Positions 39,854 through 49,632 of a stretch of DNA of 64,000 bases are shown in pieces (the stretch's first letter is position 1; each line of letters opens with the position of its first letter). This DNA comes from Candidatus Omnitrophota bacterium (GTDB taxonomy: Bacteria > Omnitrophota > Gorgyraeia > Gygaellales > Profunditerraquicolaceae). The position numbers and the translations under genes were made by a program. The notes beneath the pieces were generated by a model. The model was not told the DNA's origin and did no database searches. It was given only the letters and a program-made list of their open reading frames with translations. Location of the stretch: contig QZKH01000003.1 of assembly GCA_003598025.1 (NCBI GenBank), positions 311,218-375,217 on the forward strand. The letters run 5' to 3'.

Positions 39854-40575
39854 CTCTCTATCGCTTTCCATTGAAAATAGGCAATACCAATCCAGGTTAA
39901 ATTATGCGAAACAGCAAAAGCTATCAATACAAGATACAACGGGCTAAGGCCCCACTGATTATAAAATACCGGCAAAGTTACGGAAGCCAAAAATAATATG
40001 TTAATATCCCTGGTTGACACCCAAAGGAAAATCTTTGCCAGTTTTATAAAAATATTTGAGCTCGTCTCCTTTTTAAAATGAGCTGCCGAGGAGCTATCCA
40101 TAAGGTTAAAAATCCAGTTTCCGGATTTGACTGGAGTATGGATTAACGCTTTTTTCATATGAAAACCAAATGCCAGGAAGAAAAGGATAATAAATATTCT
40201 TGCGTCTAAGGTTTTGAGGTATATACCTAAACATACAAAAAAACCTAAAAGAGTACCGCTTGTCCCCTGGAAGTTATTCTCCAGGTATTCAAGCCACTGC
40301 CCCTCAATAGTTACTTTATTCTTGAGCCTGGCTAAATCACCATCCACATAGTCAAATATATCCGATAGTTGAAGCAAAATTCCGGCTGTAAAAATAGCAT
40401 ATAAGCTGCATTTAAGATAAAGATACATTGCTGCTATCACTAAAAATGACCTAAAAAAAGTAATTGCATTAGGCGTAACAGGGGTCTTTAAAAGGGCCTT
40501 GGCAAGCGGAAGAGAAAAACCCCTGTTTATCCGGTCAACAATATCCCCGTATTTTGTCAATCTTTCTTCATTCAT
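39850..40575 (-). CDS. CDP-alcohol phosphatidyltransferase family protein
   Basis: VTPNAIT, DYVDGDLAR...G motif with degenerate last two aspartates (GQWLEYLEN). Start at ATG 40575 (ATGA overlap). Confidence 0.85.
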   Translation of the reverse strand: MNEERLTKYGDIVDRINRGFSLPLAKALLKTPVTPNAITFFRSFLVIAAMYLYLKCSLYAIFTAGILLQLSDIFDYVDGDLARLKNKVTIEGQWLEYLENNFQGTSGTLLGFFVCLGIYLKTLDARIFIILFFLAFGFHMKKALIHTPVKSGNWIFNLMDSSSAAHFKKETSSNIFIKLAKIFLWVSTRDINILFLASVTLPVFYNQWGLSPLYLVLIAFAVSHNLTWIGIAYFQWKAIER

Positions 40576-41996
40576 CTTTTTCTGAATACCTCCGTTATCA
40601 TATATATTCCAGCCAACAAGAAACCGCGTATTTGCCTGGGGTTCTTCAGGAGATGGCAAAATAACATCCAAAAATAGCCAAAACGAAAATAAAATCTCTT
40701 ATGTGCCGACTGGTATAACTCATAAATATCATCTCCGCTGAGATAGTCATTATGGAACTTTGTCCTCTGATGTAGCCCCATATCTGCCCAGTCTCTGACA
40801 TTGTCCAGCCAGCCCTTTTCTTTTGCCTGCCTGTAAAGATCAGTCCCGGGAAAAGGTGTAGTTATGCAATATTGGGCTATGTGCGGGTTCAATTTTATGG
40901 AAAATTCAATGGTTTGACGCACTGTTTCTTTATCATCCTTTGGCAGGCCTATCATAAAGCTGCAAAGAACAAGAAACCCCTCTCTTTTGGCCGAAGCTAC
41001 TATTTCTTCTGCTACGGGTAATTTGATATTTTTTTGTACGTCGTCAAGTACGCCCTGGTTGCCGCTTTCAACTCCGAAGTTAAGACCGTAGCATCCGGCG
41101 CGCCGCATTTTTCTGAAAAGCTGCCTGGGATAAATGAAATCAAGCCTTGCGTAGCACCACCAGTTAATTTTTAATTTTCTTTTTAAAAGCTCATCGCAGA
41201 ATTCTTCTGCCCTGGTTTTATTCGCTAAAAATGTATCATCAAGTATCGCAATCTGCCTGGTCCCGTATTTGTTATAAAGCATCTCGATCTCTGAAATAAT
41301 ATTTCCTATGCTGCGGAAACGAACCTTCGGCCCCCAGAAATGCAAAGATGAACAATACCTGCATCTGCTGGGGCATCCGCGCGAAGAAATCAGCGTCATG
41401 CTTTTTTTCCCGGAAAATCCTATATTCCAAAGAGCACCCGGCCGGTATAGTTCAAGCCTAAACAATTCCCTTGCCGGAAACATAACTGTATCAAGGTCTT
41501 CTATCCTTTCACGGGAGTGGTTTACGATTATTTTTCCTTTATCCCTGAAGGCAATGCCCCTGATATTAAAAAGGTTACCGAACGAATTCCTGATCAGCTC
41601 TTTTACCGTCTCTTCCCCTTCACCCATTACAATGATATCTACTTCGGGCAAGCCGGTTAAAGTCTCTTCAGGAAAGAAAGTCACATGCGGCCCGCCGATA
41701 ATAATCTTCTTATTTGACTGTCTCTTTACTTCCCTGGCCAATTTAGCAATTATAGGGATCATCAAAGTAGTCGAGGACAAACCGATGATATCGGAATCTG
41801 AAAGCAAGATTTTGCTGATTGTCTGTTCAATGCTGAGCTGTTCGGCATTGGCATCAAGTATCTCAACTTCGGCGCCTTCCTGTATTGCAGACGCGGCAAT
41901 ATAAGCTAATCCCAGGGGGATCTGGACCTGTACGGCATGCTTAAACCCGGAATAAACATCCTCTAAATAAGGGGGATTCACTAATAATAGCTTCAT
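40572..41996 (-). CDS. B12-binding domain radical SAM protein
   Basis: LLLVNPP, PLGLAYIAA, IIGGPH, GEGE, SSRGCPSRCRYC, DDTF, FGVESG, TPFPGT. Confidence 0.93.
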   Translation of the reverse strand: MKLLLVNPPYLEDVYSGFKHAVQVQIPLGLAYIAASAIQEGAEVEILDANAEQLSIEQTISKILLSDSDIIGLSSTTLMIPIIAKLAREVKRQSNKKIIIGGPHVTFFPEETLTGLPEVDIIVMGEGEETVKELIRNSFGNLFNIRGIAFRDKGKIIVNHSRERIEDLDTVMFPARELFRLELYRPGALWNIGFSGKKSMTLISSRGCPSRCRYCSSLHFWGPKVRFRSIGNIISEIEMLYNKYGTRQIAILDDTFLANKTRAEEFCDELLKRKLKINWWCYARLDFIYPRQLFRKMRRAGCYGLNFGVESGNQGVLDDVQKNIKLPVAEEIVASAKREGFLVLCSFMIGLPKDDKETVRQTIEFSIKLNPHIAQYCITTPFPGTDLYRQAKEKGWLDNVRDWADMGLHQRTKFHNDYLSGDDIYELYQSAHKRFYFRFGYFWMLFCHLLKNPRQIRGFLLAGIYMITEVFRKR

Positions 41997-42009
41997 TATT
42001 TTCCTTTCT

Positions 42010-43305
42010 CTACCACAGCTTCAGCCAGATACAAACCTGCCTAAAGATTAATTTTGCCTGGCTGCTATAATGAAAAAGCGCAAAATTAAAGAGAAAATAA
42101 ATGCTTATCCATATTGCTGCCTTCTTTTTGTTGAGAACCTTTGAAAAAACATTGTTTAGGCCGAATGCGGATACAATTATTAAAGACGGCTCAAAACCGA
42201 TTCTGAACCTCGGCAATGCAAAATAAACCAAGTGTATGATTTGAAAATAAAGGACAGGCATTAACAGCGTCAGATAGCTGTAACTGAGTTTCCTGAATAT
42301 CAGCATTATCCCATAAAAGAAAAATGGAGCAAGAAATGCAAACCCGAAATTATAAACAGCTATTCCATTGCCTAGTATTTCCCAATCCAAGGGAGACCAC
42401 AAGTATAGAACCTTAAGAATCTCGAGTTTTAATGTCTTATAAGGATTATTCCTTACGAAATCCACGGTTTTACGGAAGAAGAAACTCCGCCTCTCTTTGA
42501 ATGAGCTTATAGACCTGGCCTCTATCATTACCGGATCATTGTCAGGCCTGATACCAAATATTTTCCCCTGGTAAGGGCAGAATGAATTATAAAGCCCTCT
42601 ATCCGGGGCTTCTGTAACCGGTATTACCTGGCCTCCGGAAACATAATAGTTTCTCATACTCCACGGTATTATTACGCAAGCAAAAAGAATAAAAAAAACT
42701 ATCTGCCTGAAAAAATTTTTCGCTAGCCCCAGGTGTTTCCTTGCTGAGAGAAAAAACAACAAAGACAATGACGGAGCAAAAAGTATAACAACGGAACGGG
42801 TCAATACGCTCATCCCCAGAAATAAACTGCTTAAAGAAAGAAAGATCATTCTGTGGTTCTTAACATATTTAATTGCAAAATACAGCGTTAGTGTAAATAA
42901 GAATACAAAAATATTTTCTGAAAGCAGCAGGCTTGGCAGCCGGATAAATACCGGGTATAAGCATACGATTATAGCCGAAATTAATGATATTCGCTTATTA
43001 AAATACTCTAATGAGGTCTTATACACAACTAAACAAAGTAGAGCACCAAGCAAAGACTGAATTAAGATTATTGCCGGAATATTCTGTCCAAATAATGAAT
43101 ATATAGCCGCCAGAAATGCAGGATAAACCGGGTGGTCTTTTAACGGAAATTGGGCAAGCATTTCCGGCGTTAATATTCCCCATCGCACGATGTCTAATGC
43201 CAGATCATTATAAACCAAGGCATCCCCGCTAAGGTTAACCGGCAGCCACAAATATGGTATTAAACGTATAAAAAAAGCCGCAATAATTATTAAAATGATT
43301 GTCAT
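42010..43305 (-). CDS. GT-C (ArnT/family 39-like) membrane glycosyltransferase
   Basis: IRL...GDALVY, HPVYPAFLA, LLSEN, LTRS, PWSMRNY, PRFR. Confidence 0.82.
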   Translation of the reverse strand: MTIILIIIAAFFIRLIPYLWLPVNLSGDALVYNDLALDIVRWGILTPEMLAQFPLKDHPVYPAFLAAIYSLFGQNIPAIILIQSLLGALLCLVVYKTSLEYFNKRISLISAIIVCLYPVFIRLPSLLLSENIFVFLFTLTLYFAIKYVKNHRMIFLSLSSLFLGMSVLTRSVVILFAPSLSLLFFLSARKHLGLAKNFFRQIVFFILFACVIIPWSMRNYYVSGGQVIPVTEAPDRGLYNSFCPYQGKIFGIRPDNDPVMIEARSISSFKERRSFFFRKTVDFVRNNPYKTLKLEILKVLYLWSPLDWEILGNGIAVYNFGFAFLAPFFFYGIMLIFRKLSYSYLTLLMPVLYFQIIHLVYFALPRFRIGFEPSLIIVSAFGLNNVFSKVLNKKKAAIWISIYFLFNFALFHYSSQAKLIFRQVCIWLKLW

Positions 43306-44375
43306 TTCGCCAGATTATATCTTACCCGGGGGCCTAACAAACGCTGGACAAAAACAGGCTGCAGGCCCCAGATTTTTTTAATAAATTGTAAATTCCCGGA
43401 ATCAGGTGTCAGTGGTTCAGGCAAAGCTTGTTTTTGCCTATTATCTTTAAATAAATAATAATAATTATATTGCCTTAACTTTACTGCCCATTTCAACTTA
43501 TAGTTTAACTGGCCCTCATACCTTGCCGGGCCAAAATCAAAATATTGTATACTGTTATTTACTGCCCATTTGATAAATTCCCAATGGACGAGATCTACCG
43601 CCCTTTTGTGGTGCGCTTTCTCATCCGAAGCTATATATTGAATATAAACTCTATCACCGCAGGCAAACCCCAAAAGTGCCGCAATTACCTTTTTACCGTC
43701 CCTGACAAAGAATATCTTCATTTTGTCATTAAAATATTTCAGGCAGGTATAAAAATATTTAATACTTAGCGGCGGGGAAAGAAGCCTGTGATGAGACTTT
43801 AAATACAACGGATAAAAAAACTTCTTAACCGAGCCGTAGCTGGCTTCCTGAAAACATTCTAATTTCTCCCGCAGAGCCTTATTCACAGCCTTCTTTACCT
43901 GATAATCAAATGCCTCCCATAGCCCGGATTCGCCTGCGCTTAAATCAAGCTCAGCATAATTATAAAAATTAAGCTTTAAGAAATTATCCTGCATATAACC
44001 CTCTTCAATACCCAGGCCGCCATTTACCTGGAGGTAATCTAACTTATTATCAGCCATTAAAACTCTTACATATTCTATCAGCTTTGGGAATTCTATACTC
44101 TGCGGACGGTTAGAAATAATACCTCCATATTCAGCGAACGGGACTGATTCCAGCTTCCTATAAAATAGTGTCTTTACTACATAAAGGGGCAGGACGCCGA
44201 AGGCTTCGTTATTTTCGCTTAAAATAAGGTAATAAGGCTTATATCCAAAGACCTCCCTTATTACCTCCTGATACTCGGCCATCTGGTAAAACCTGGCCTG
44301 CCGGCTTGATAATACAAGATTATTCCATTCAGTCTTATTTATGGTACCCTGGCTTTTGATATCCATATTCGTCAT
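43302..44375 (-). CDS. FemAB-like GNAT protein (resembles the XrtA/PEP-CTERM EPS-associated family)
   Basis: GVLPL, SVPFAEYGG, FDFG, YKLKW; adjacent to a polysaccharide deacetylase. Confidence 0.8.
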   Translation of the reverse strand: MTNMDIKSQGTINKTEWNNLVLSSRQARFYQMAEYQEVIREVFGYKPYYLILSENNEAFGVLPLYVVKTLFYRKLESVPFAEYGGIISNRPQSIEFPKLIEYVRVLMADNKLDYLQVNGGLGIEEGYMQDNFLKLNFYNYAELDLSAGESGLWEAFDYQVKKAVNKALREKLECFQEASYGSVKKFFYPLYLKSHHRLLSPPLSIKYFYTCLKYFNDKMKIFFVRDGKKVIAALLGFACGDRVYIQYIASDEKAHHKRAVDLVHWEFIKWAVNNSIQYFDFGPARYEGQLNYKLKWAVKLRQYNYYYLFKDNRQKQALPEPLTPDSGNLQFIKKIWGLQPVFVQRLLGPRVRYNLAK

Positions 44376-45183
44376 TTAATACATTTTTTACAGAATCAAA
44401 CTCAAAATCTCCAAGCAATTTAATCAGTTTTTGTGCAACAGAATCTTTATTAAAATTAAGTATAAAATCTTCTGCTAAAGGCAGGTCCATGTCAGACTTA
44501 GTATTTAATACCTCATGAGGATGAAAATAAGCCATGGCAGAAGATTTCTTTTTGTTTAACCTTTTAAATACATACCTGGTAACAAAATAAGGCAAAGCCC
44601 TAAGGTAAAAACCTCCTCCGACAATAATGTTTTTCCCGAATAATTTTATAGTAGTCGGCGGGATCTCCCATAACCCGGAATCATGCTTATATATCCTCCT
44701 CTGAGCCCCTTCTATTCCGTATAAGAAGTTTACAGCCGGTGAAATACTGGAATCGTATGAAAACCCGCATTCTTTTATTAAATCAATAGCCCAAAGTGAT
44801 TTCTTTGTAATCGACCAGTACGGAGCGCGAAAACCAATAATCTGAGTACCGGTAATCCTTTCTAAAGCATTTTTTGATCTCATTAAATCATCCTTAAACT
44901 GTTCTGGCTTTAATGTAAAAATTGGCCTATGCTGATAACCATGGCTTGCAATTTCATGGCCGCTATTTACAATATTTTTTACTGCCTGCGGCAGGCGCTC
45001 AGCAATAACACCTAGAACAAAAAAAGTTGCCTTATGATTATATCTTTTCAAAAGACCGAGAAACATATCAATTGAACGCGATACTTCTTCAAGGCCCGCA
45101 GTTTCGTCAACCAGTTTATCCCTGCCATATCTGGAATGCAGGAAACTTTCAACATCTATAGTCAAAATATTCTTAATCATCAA
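44335..45183 (-). CDS. polysaccharide deacetylase (CE4/NodB, DUF3473-type)
   Basis: LTIDVE, ATFFVLG, HEIASHGYQH, GFRAPYWS, YDSS, GGGFYLR, YFHPHE. Confidence 0.92.
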   Translation of the reverse strand: MMIKNILTIDVESFLHSRYGRDKLVDETAGLEEVSRSIDMFLGLLKRYNHKATFFVLGVIAERLPQAVKNIVNSGHEIASHGYQHRPIFTLKPEQFKDDLMRSKNALERITGTQIIGFRAPYWSITKKSLWAIDLIKECGFSYDSSISPAVNFLYGIEGAQRRIYKHDSGLWEIPPTTIKLFGKNIIVGGGFYLRALPYFVTRYVFKRLNKKKSSAMAYFHPHEVLNTKSDMDLPLAEDFILNFNKDSVAQKLIKLLGDFEFDSVKNVLNDEYGYQKPGYHK

Positions 45184-45866
45184 AAACTAAGCCTGAATTT
45201 AATTATTGCCAAAAGCACCTTAAAACCTATACGCCAGTGCAGCTTCTTTCCTTCCCGGTGAGTCCTGGGAACATAATCTATCGGGATCTCATAAATATTT
45301 TGTCCGTTTTTAATAAGCCTTGTCGTGATTTCTGCTTCAATCTCGAAACCATTGGATTTTAAATGTAATTTCTTTGCGACCTCTTTTGTGAAGACTTTAT
45401 GGCACGTAGCTATATCCGAAAGCCGGACCAGGAACAGAATGTTCACTGCCCAGGTTATAAGCTGGTTTCCGATGTAACTGCCAAACCGGGTCATTCCCCT
45501 GCCCCTTAGAAATCTGGAGCCAAATACGACTTTTTTATGGCCTGCAATTATCGGATTTAATAAGTACGGGTATTCTGCCGGCAGGACTTCCAGATCTGCA
45601 TCCTGGATCAGGAAAATATCACCGCTTGCCTCTTTAAACCCCAGCCGTATTGCTGCGCCTTTACCCTTCCTTTTCTCTTCGTGTATTACTTTTATATCTT
45701 TTCTTCCGAGATTCTGCAAAATCTCTTTTGTCCCGTCAGTCGAACAGCCGTCAACTACGATTATCTCTTTTTCAAGCCCGATATCTACATCATCTATCCG
45801 TTTTATGATCTCACGGATAGTGCGCTTTTCATTATAAACTGGTATTATAATCGATACGCTCTTCAT
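45180..45866 (-). CDS. glycosyltransferase family 2 (DPM1-like)
   Basis: SIIIPVYNE, GKGAAIR, IQDADLE, FGSRF, FEIEAEIT. Start at ATG 45866. Confidence 0.9.
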   Translation of the reverse strand: MKSVSIIIPVYNEKRTIREIIKRIDDVDIGLEKEIIVVDGCSTDGTKEILQNLGRKDIKVIHEEKRKGKGAAIRLGFKEASGDIFLIQDADLEVLPAEYPYLLNPIIAGHKKVVFGSRFLRGRGMTRFGSYIGNQLITWAVNILFLVRLSDIATCHKVFTKEVAKKLHLKSNGFEIEAEITTRLIKNGQNIYEIPIDYVPRTHREGKKLHWRIGFKVLLAIIKFRLSF

Positions 45867-46570
45867 TCCCTGATCCACTTCTTTAGGTTATCGTTGATCT
45901 CTTCAATATGCTGAAGCTGCTCTATTGCCATCCAATCCTCTTTTATAAAATACGGCAATACGCGTTTTCCTTCTTTAATAACAATATCTATCAGCATCGG
46001 CATCGTAAAAAACTTATTCTTGGGTATATAATTCAAACAGGAAGACTTGATTATATATATACCTGAACTTATAGAATGGTGTTCAACCGGTTTCTCTATA
46101 ATGCCCTTTATGCGGCCGTTTTTGATATCCATTACTCCAAAAGCAAGCCTTTGGGATATCTTTTTTGTCCCGACGCTCAAATCTGATTTCCTGCGGTTAT
46201 GAAAATCAATCATTTTTTCAAAGTCAAGCCTGGTCAGGATATCTCCATTCATCAATAAAAATGATTCTTTATCCGTAAACGCAAATTTATCGGCAATCAA
46301 TTTTAGAGAACCGGCGGTGCCTAACGGCTCTTCTTCATGTATGTAATCAATCTTGATACCGAATTTTCTGCCGTGTTGAAAGTATGTCCGTATAAGCTCA
46401 GCTTTATAGCCGACTGACAATATAAAATGCTTAAAACCGTGTTTCTTCAGACGGTTGATTATTACCTCCAGGATTGGTTTTTCACCAACAGGTATAAGCG
46501 GCTTCGGGATAGCAAAAGTAAGCGGCCGTAACCTGGTACCCTGTCCTCCGGCTAATATTATCGCTTTCAT
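45863..46570 (-). CDS. sugar-phosphate nucleotidyltransferase
   Basis: AIILAGGQGTRLRPLT..PKPL, EPLGTAGSL, MNGDILT, EKP. Confidence 0.92.
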   Translation of the reverse strand: MKAIILAGGQGTRLRPLTFAIPKPLIPVGEKPILEVIINRLKKHGFKHFILSVGYKAELIRTYFQHGRKFGIKIDYIHEEEPLGTAGSLKLIADKFAFTDKESFLLMNGDILTRLDFEKMIDFHNRRKSDLSVGTKKISQRLAFGVMDIKNGRIKGIIEKPVEHHSISSGIYIIKSSCLNYIPKNKFFTMPMLIDIVIKEGKRVLPYFIKEDWMAIEQLQHIEEINDNLKKWIRE

Positions 46571-46589
46571 TTCAACCTCCGATCAATAG

Positions 46590-47582
46590 TTATATAGCAT
46601 AACCTTTACGGTTATACTGATGCTGGTGCGAAGCAACATATTCAATTGTAAGCCTTAACCCTTCCTCGAGGCTGATTTGAGGCCGCCAGCCAAGAAGCTT
46701 CCTTGCTTTTTTATTATCTGCGCATAAGCACATAACCTCGCTTTTCTTTGGCCTTATGCGCATTTTTTCATGCCTGATATCTACATCTTTTCCTATTAAA
46801 CCGGCTATGATTTTTGCAAGCTGGCCGATAGAAACGCTTCTAGATGTGCCAATATTGATAATCTCTCCTGTGCTTTTTGGCGACTCAGCCACCCTGATAA
46901 ACCCGCTGACAGTATCAGCTACATATGTAAAATCTCTTTTCGGCGCGATATTCCCCAGGCAAATGACCCTATTCTTTAAAGCCTGTGCTATTATTGTAGG
47001 GATTACCGCCCTTAATGACTGCCTTGGGCCAAAACAATTAAATGGCCGTATAATAGATACGGGCAGGCCGTAGGAACAGTAAAAACTTAGAGCCAGGGCA
47101 TCGGCTGCAATTTTACTCGCAGAATACGGCGATTGGGCCTGCAGGGGATGCTTTTCATCGATCGGCACATAAAGCGCAGTGCCATAAACCTCACTTGTAG
47201 AAGTCTGCACAATCTTACAGATTTTATTCTCTCTTGCTGCAATCAGTATATTAAGGGTACCCAACGTATTAGTATCGACTACTTCCTGGGGGTGCTCGTA
47301 TGAATAAGGGATGCCCACCAGGGCTGCCAGGTTAAATATTACTTCATTATGATCTACAGCCTTCCTGACGGTTTCCATTTCCTTGATATCTCCATAGAAA
47401 ATTTCAAGCCGCTTGCTTTTATTTACCAATAGATGATTAATGTGGCCTGCGTCGCCATGCGGGTTATATTCGACAAAAGCCCGGACAAACGCGCCTAAAG
47501 AAAGCAGCCTCTCTGTCAGATGGCTTCCTATAAAACCGCCTGCTCCGGTAACTAAAACCTTTTTATCTTTCCATTTAAACAT
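46590..47582 (-). CDS. NDP-sugar 4,6-dehydratase (LegB-like)
   Basis: VTGAGGFIGSHL, LAALVGIPYSY, TSTSEVYGTA, QSPYSASK, RPFNCFGPRQS. Confidence 0.88.
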   Translation of the reverse strand: MFKWKDKKVLVTGAGGFIGSHLTERLLSLGAFVRAFVEYNPHGDAGHINHLLVNKSKRLEIFYGDIKEMETVRKAVDHNEVIFNLAALVGIPYSYEHPQEVVDTNTLGTLNILIAARENKICKIVQTSTSEVYGTALYVPIDEKHPLQAQSPYSASKIAADALALSFYCSYGLPVSIIRPFNCFGPRQSLRAVIPTIIAQALKNRVICLGNIAPKRDFTYVADTVSGFIRVAESPKSTGEIINIGTSRSVSIGQLAKIIAGLIGKDVDIRHEKMRIRPKKSEVMCLCADNKKARKLLGWRPQISLEEGLRLTIEYVASHQHQYNRKGYAI

Positions 47583-49632
47583 TTTGCTTGCTCCTTTTCG
47601 ATTTCAGTTTTGCTCCCAAAAGCTCTTTATATAATTCTGATAATTTCTGAGCATACCTATCTGCTGTAAAATTTTCTATCACTCGTTTTCTGGCAGCATC
47701 TGCATACAAGGATGCGCGTCCCGGATCAAGAAGCAGCTCTTTAATTGCATCTGCCAATGCTTTGGAATCAGCGGGATTAACTAATATGCCGCTCTCTCTA
47801 TCCTGTATAACTTCCGGCACGCCGCCTACACGGGTCGCAACACAGGCAACACCCATATACATCGCCTCGATCAAGACAATACCAAATGCCTCATTCAACG
47901 CAGGAGAGACAAAAACAGAGAATAAAGGCAATAAATCAGCAATGTCCCTTCTTTTGCCGGTAAATAATACCCTATCGGTAATCCTTCTTTCTGAAACTGA
48001 CTCTTCTAACTCATTTCTTAGCGGCCCATCACCTACCAGGACTAACTTTAGCCTCGGCTCCCAGTTTAACAAGTTAAAGACAGCATCAATTAAATAAATA
48101 TGGCCCTTTCTCCTGGCTAGTGACGCAACATAGCCCACAATAATATCTTCCCGGCTCAAGCCCAATTCCTCCAACAATTGATATTTACTCTTAACGGGAG
48201 AAAATTCTGTTGTATCGATTACATTATGGATTACAAGAAACTTTTCAAAAGGAATCCGGTCCTGGCTGCTTATTGATAAAGCTGTCCTGCCAGAACAGGC
48301 TATAATCCTGTCTGTTGAACGTGCCAGCCACCTGTTAACAGGTTTTAACAACCATTCCAATCGCCTGTTATACCTTTCATATTCGCTTTGTTCTTCGGCG
48401 ATTATAACCGGTACCCTGCAAAACCAAGCTGCCAGCCTTGTATGCAAATTAGTATTTGTCAGGCAAGAATGTACGATTGAGAAACTTCCGCGTTTTAAAT
48501 AACGCAGCAAAGCAAACGTAGTAAATAAGTTTAAAGACCTGTCGCTTTTATTAAGACAATCTACCTTAAACCCGAGCTTAATAAACTCCTCTGCGAGGTC
48601 GCCCTTTTCTTTAATGCAACAAATTGAAATTTCCAATCCTGAGCTGTCAAACATTTTCAAAATATTCAGCCTGTTTTTTTCCGCCCCGCCTATCCCTAGT
48701 GTGGGATGCACAAAAAGTACTCTTGGCTTAATTTTCCTGCAAACGACAACAGCCCTGTCTCCGCACTTGAGCCATCTTAAAAGAGTACACCCTGAGATGA
48801 ATGAAGAGATATTCTTTATTCCTATAGATAGCCTATTCTTAAAAGACAACTTTTTATAGACAAAATCTGGCTTGGCTCTATTTTCATATACTTCCTCATA
48901 AATAACCTCAAAACCGGTTGTTTTAAGAATAGCCCTTAAGGTTTCCGGTCTGAATTCCCATAAGTGCGTAGGAGGGCTATCAGAAAGCCTTTCTTTCTTA
49001 AATAACATATTGAATCTCAGAAAAATATTAAAAAGCGAACGGTTATAAGTCAATGGCTGTTCCAGGACCAGGATACCGCTATCCCTAAGCAAATTACCGG
49101 CAAGCTCTAAGCTTTCGGCCGGAGAGGGAACATGCTCCAATACATCTGCCATATTGATTACGTCAAACCGATTACCAGGATATATACCTTTACAAAACTC
49201 GCCATTCTTTATCTCTGCCTTGAGCCTGCTGCTTGCATGTTCAGACATCTTTTTATTTGGTTCCAACCCATAGACATTAAATCCTGCTCTTTGCGCCTGT
49301 AAGCAGAAAGCACCGGCTGCGCACCCGACATCAAGCAGGTCTCCGGAACTCACAAATTTTTTCATTGCAGAGATTGCCTTTAAATGGTGGGGGCTGGCTA
49401 AATCATCATCCTGCAAGCAGCCCAATTTATCTGCCCCAGGAATATAGTATTCATTAAAATAGGAATCGCCGGTATATATGCCTTCCAGGACATCTTTCGA
49501 TGGCATAGGATCGAGATAAATAAAACCGCAATCAACGCAACGGACCAAAAAATACTCTTTTCCCTTGAAAAGATACCCTCCATAGATTGTTTTTTTGTAT
49601 CTTACGGACCCGCAGATTATACAATTCATCAA
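47575..49632 (-). CDS. Zn-finger class I methyltransferase fused to a GT4 glycosyltransferase
   Basis: CIICG...CVDCG, LDVGCAAG, DVLEHV, PPTHLWEF; then IGGAE, RRKGH, EAFGIVLIEAM. Confidence 0.88.
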   Translation of the reverse strand: MMNCIICGSVRYKKTIYGGYLFKGKEYFLVRCVDCGFIYLDPMPSKDVLEGIYTGDSYFNEYYIPGADKLGCLQDDDLASPHHLKAISAMKKFVSSGDLLDVGCAAGAFCLQAQRAGFNVYGLEPNKKMSEHASSRLKAEIKNGEFCKGIYPGNRFDVINMADVLEHVPSPAESLELAGNLLRDSGILVLEQPLTYNRSLFNIFLRFNMLFKKERLSDSPPTHLWEFRPETLRAILKTTGFEVIYEEVYENRAKPDFVYKKLSFKNRLSIGIKNISSFISGCTLLRWLKCGDRAVVVCRKIKPRVLFVHPTLGIGGAEKNRLNILKMFDSSGLEISICCIKEKGDLAEEFIKLGFKVDCLNKSDRSLNLFTTFALLRYLKRGSFSIVHSCLTNTNLHTRLAAWFCRVPVIIAEEQSEYERYNRRLEWLLKPVNRWLARSTDRIIACSGRTALSISSQDRIPFEKFLVIHNVIDTTEFSPVKSKYQLLEELGLSREDIIVGYVASLARRKGHIYLIDAVFNLLNWEPRLKLVLVGDGPLRNELEESVSERRITDRVLFTGKRRDIADLLPLFSVFVSPALNEAFGIVLIEAMYMGVACVATRVGGVPEVIQDRESGILVNPADSKALADAIKELLLDPGRASLYADAARKRVIENFTADRYAQKLSELYKELLGAKLKSKRSKQNV

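Noticed and set aside
24948-45183. PEP-CTERM/exosortase system (asnB, FemAB-like, deacetylase)
   Set aside because: Similar accessory genes are present, but no exosortase or PEP-CTERM protein is in the window, so it cannot be supported.
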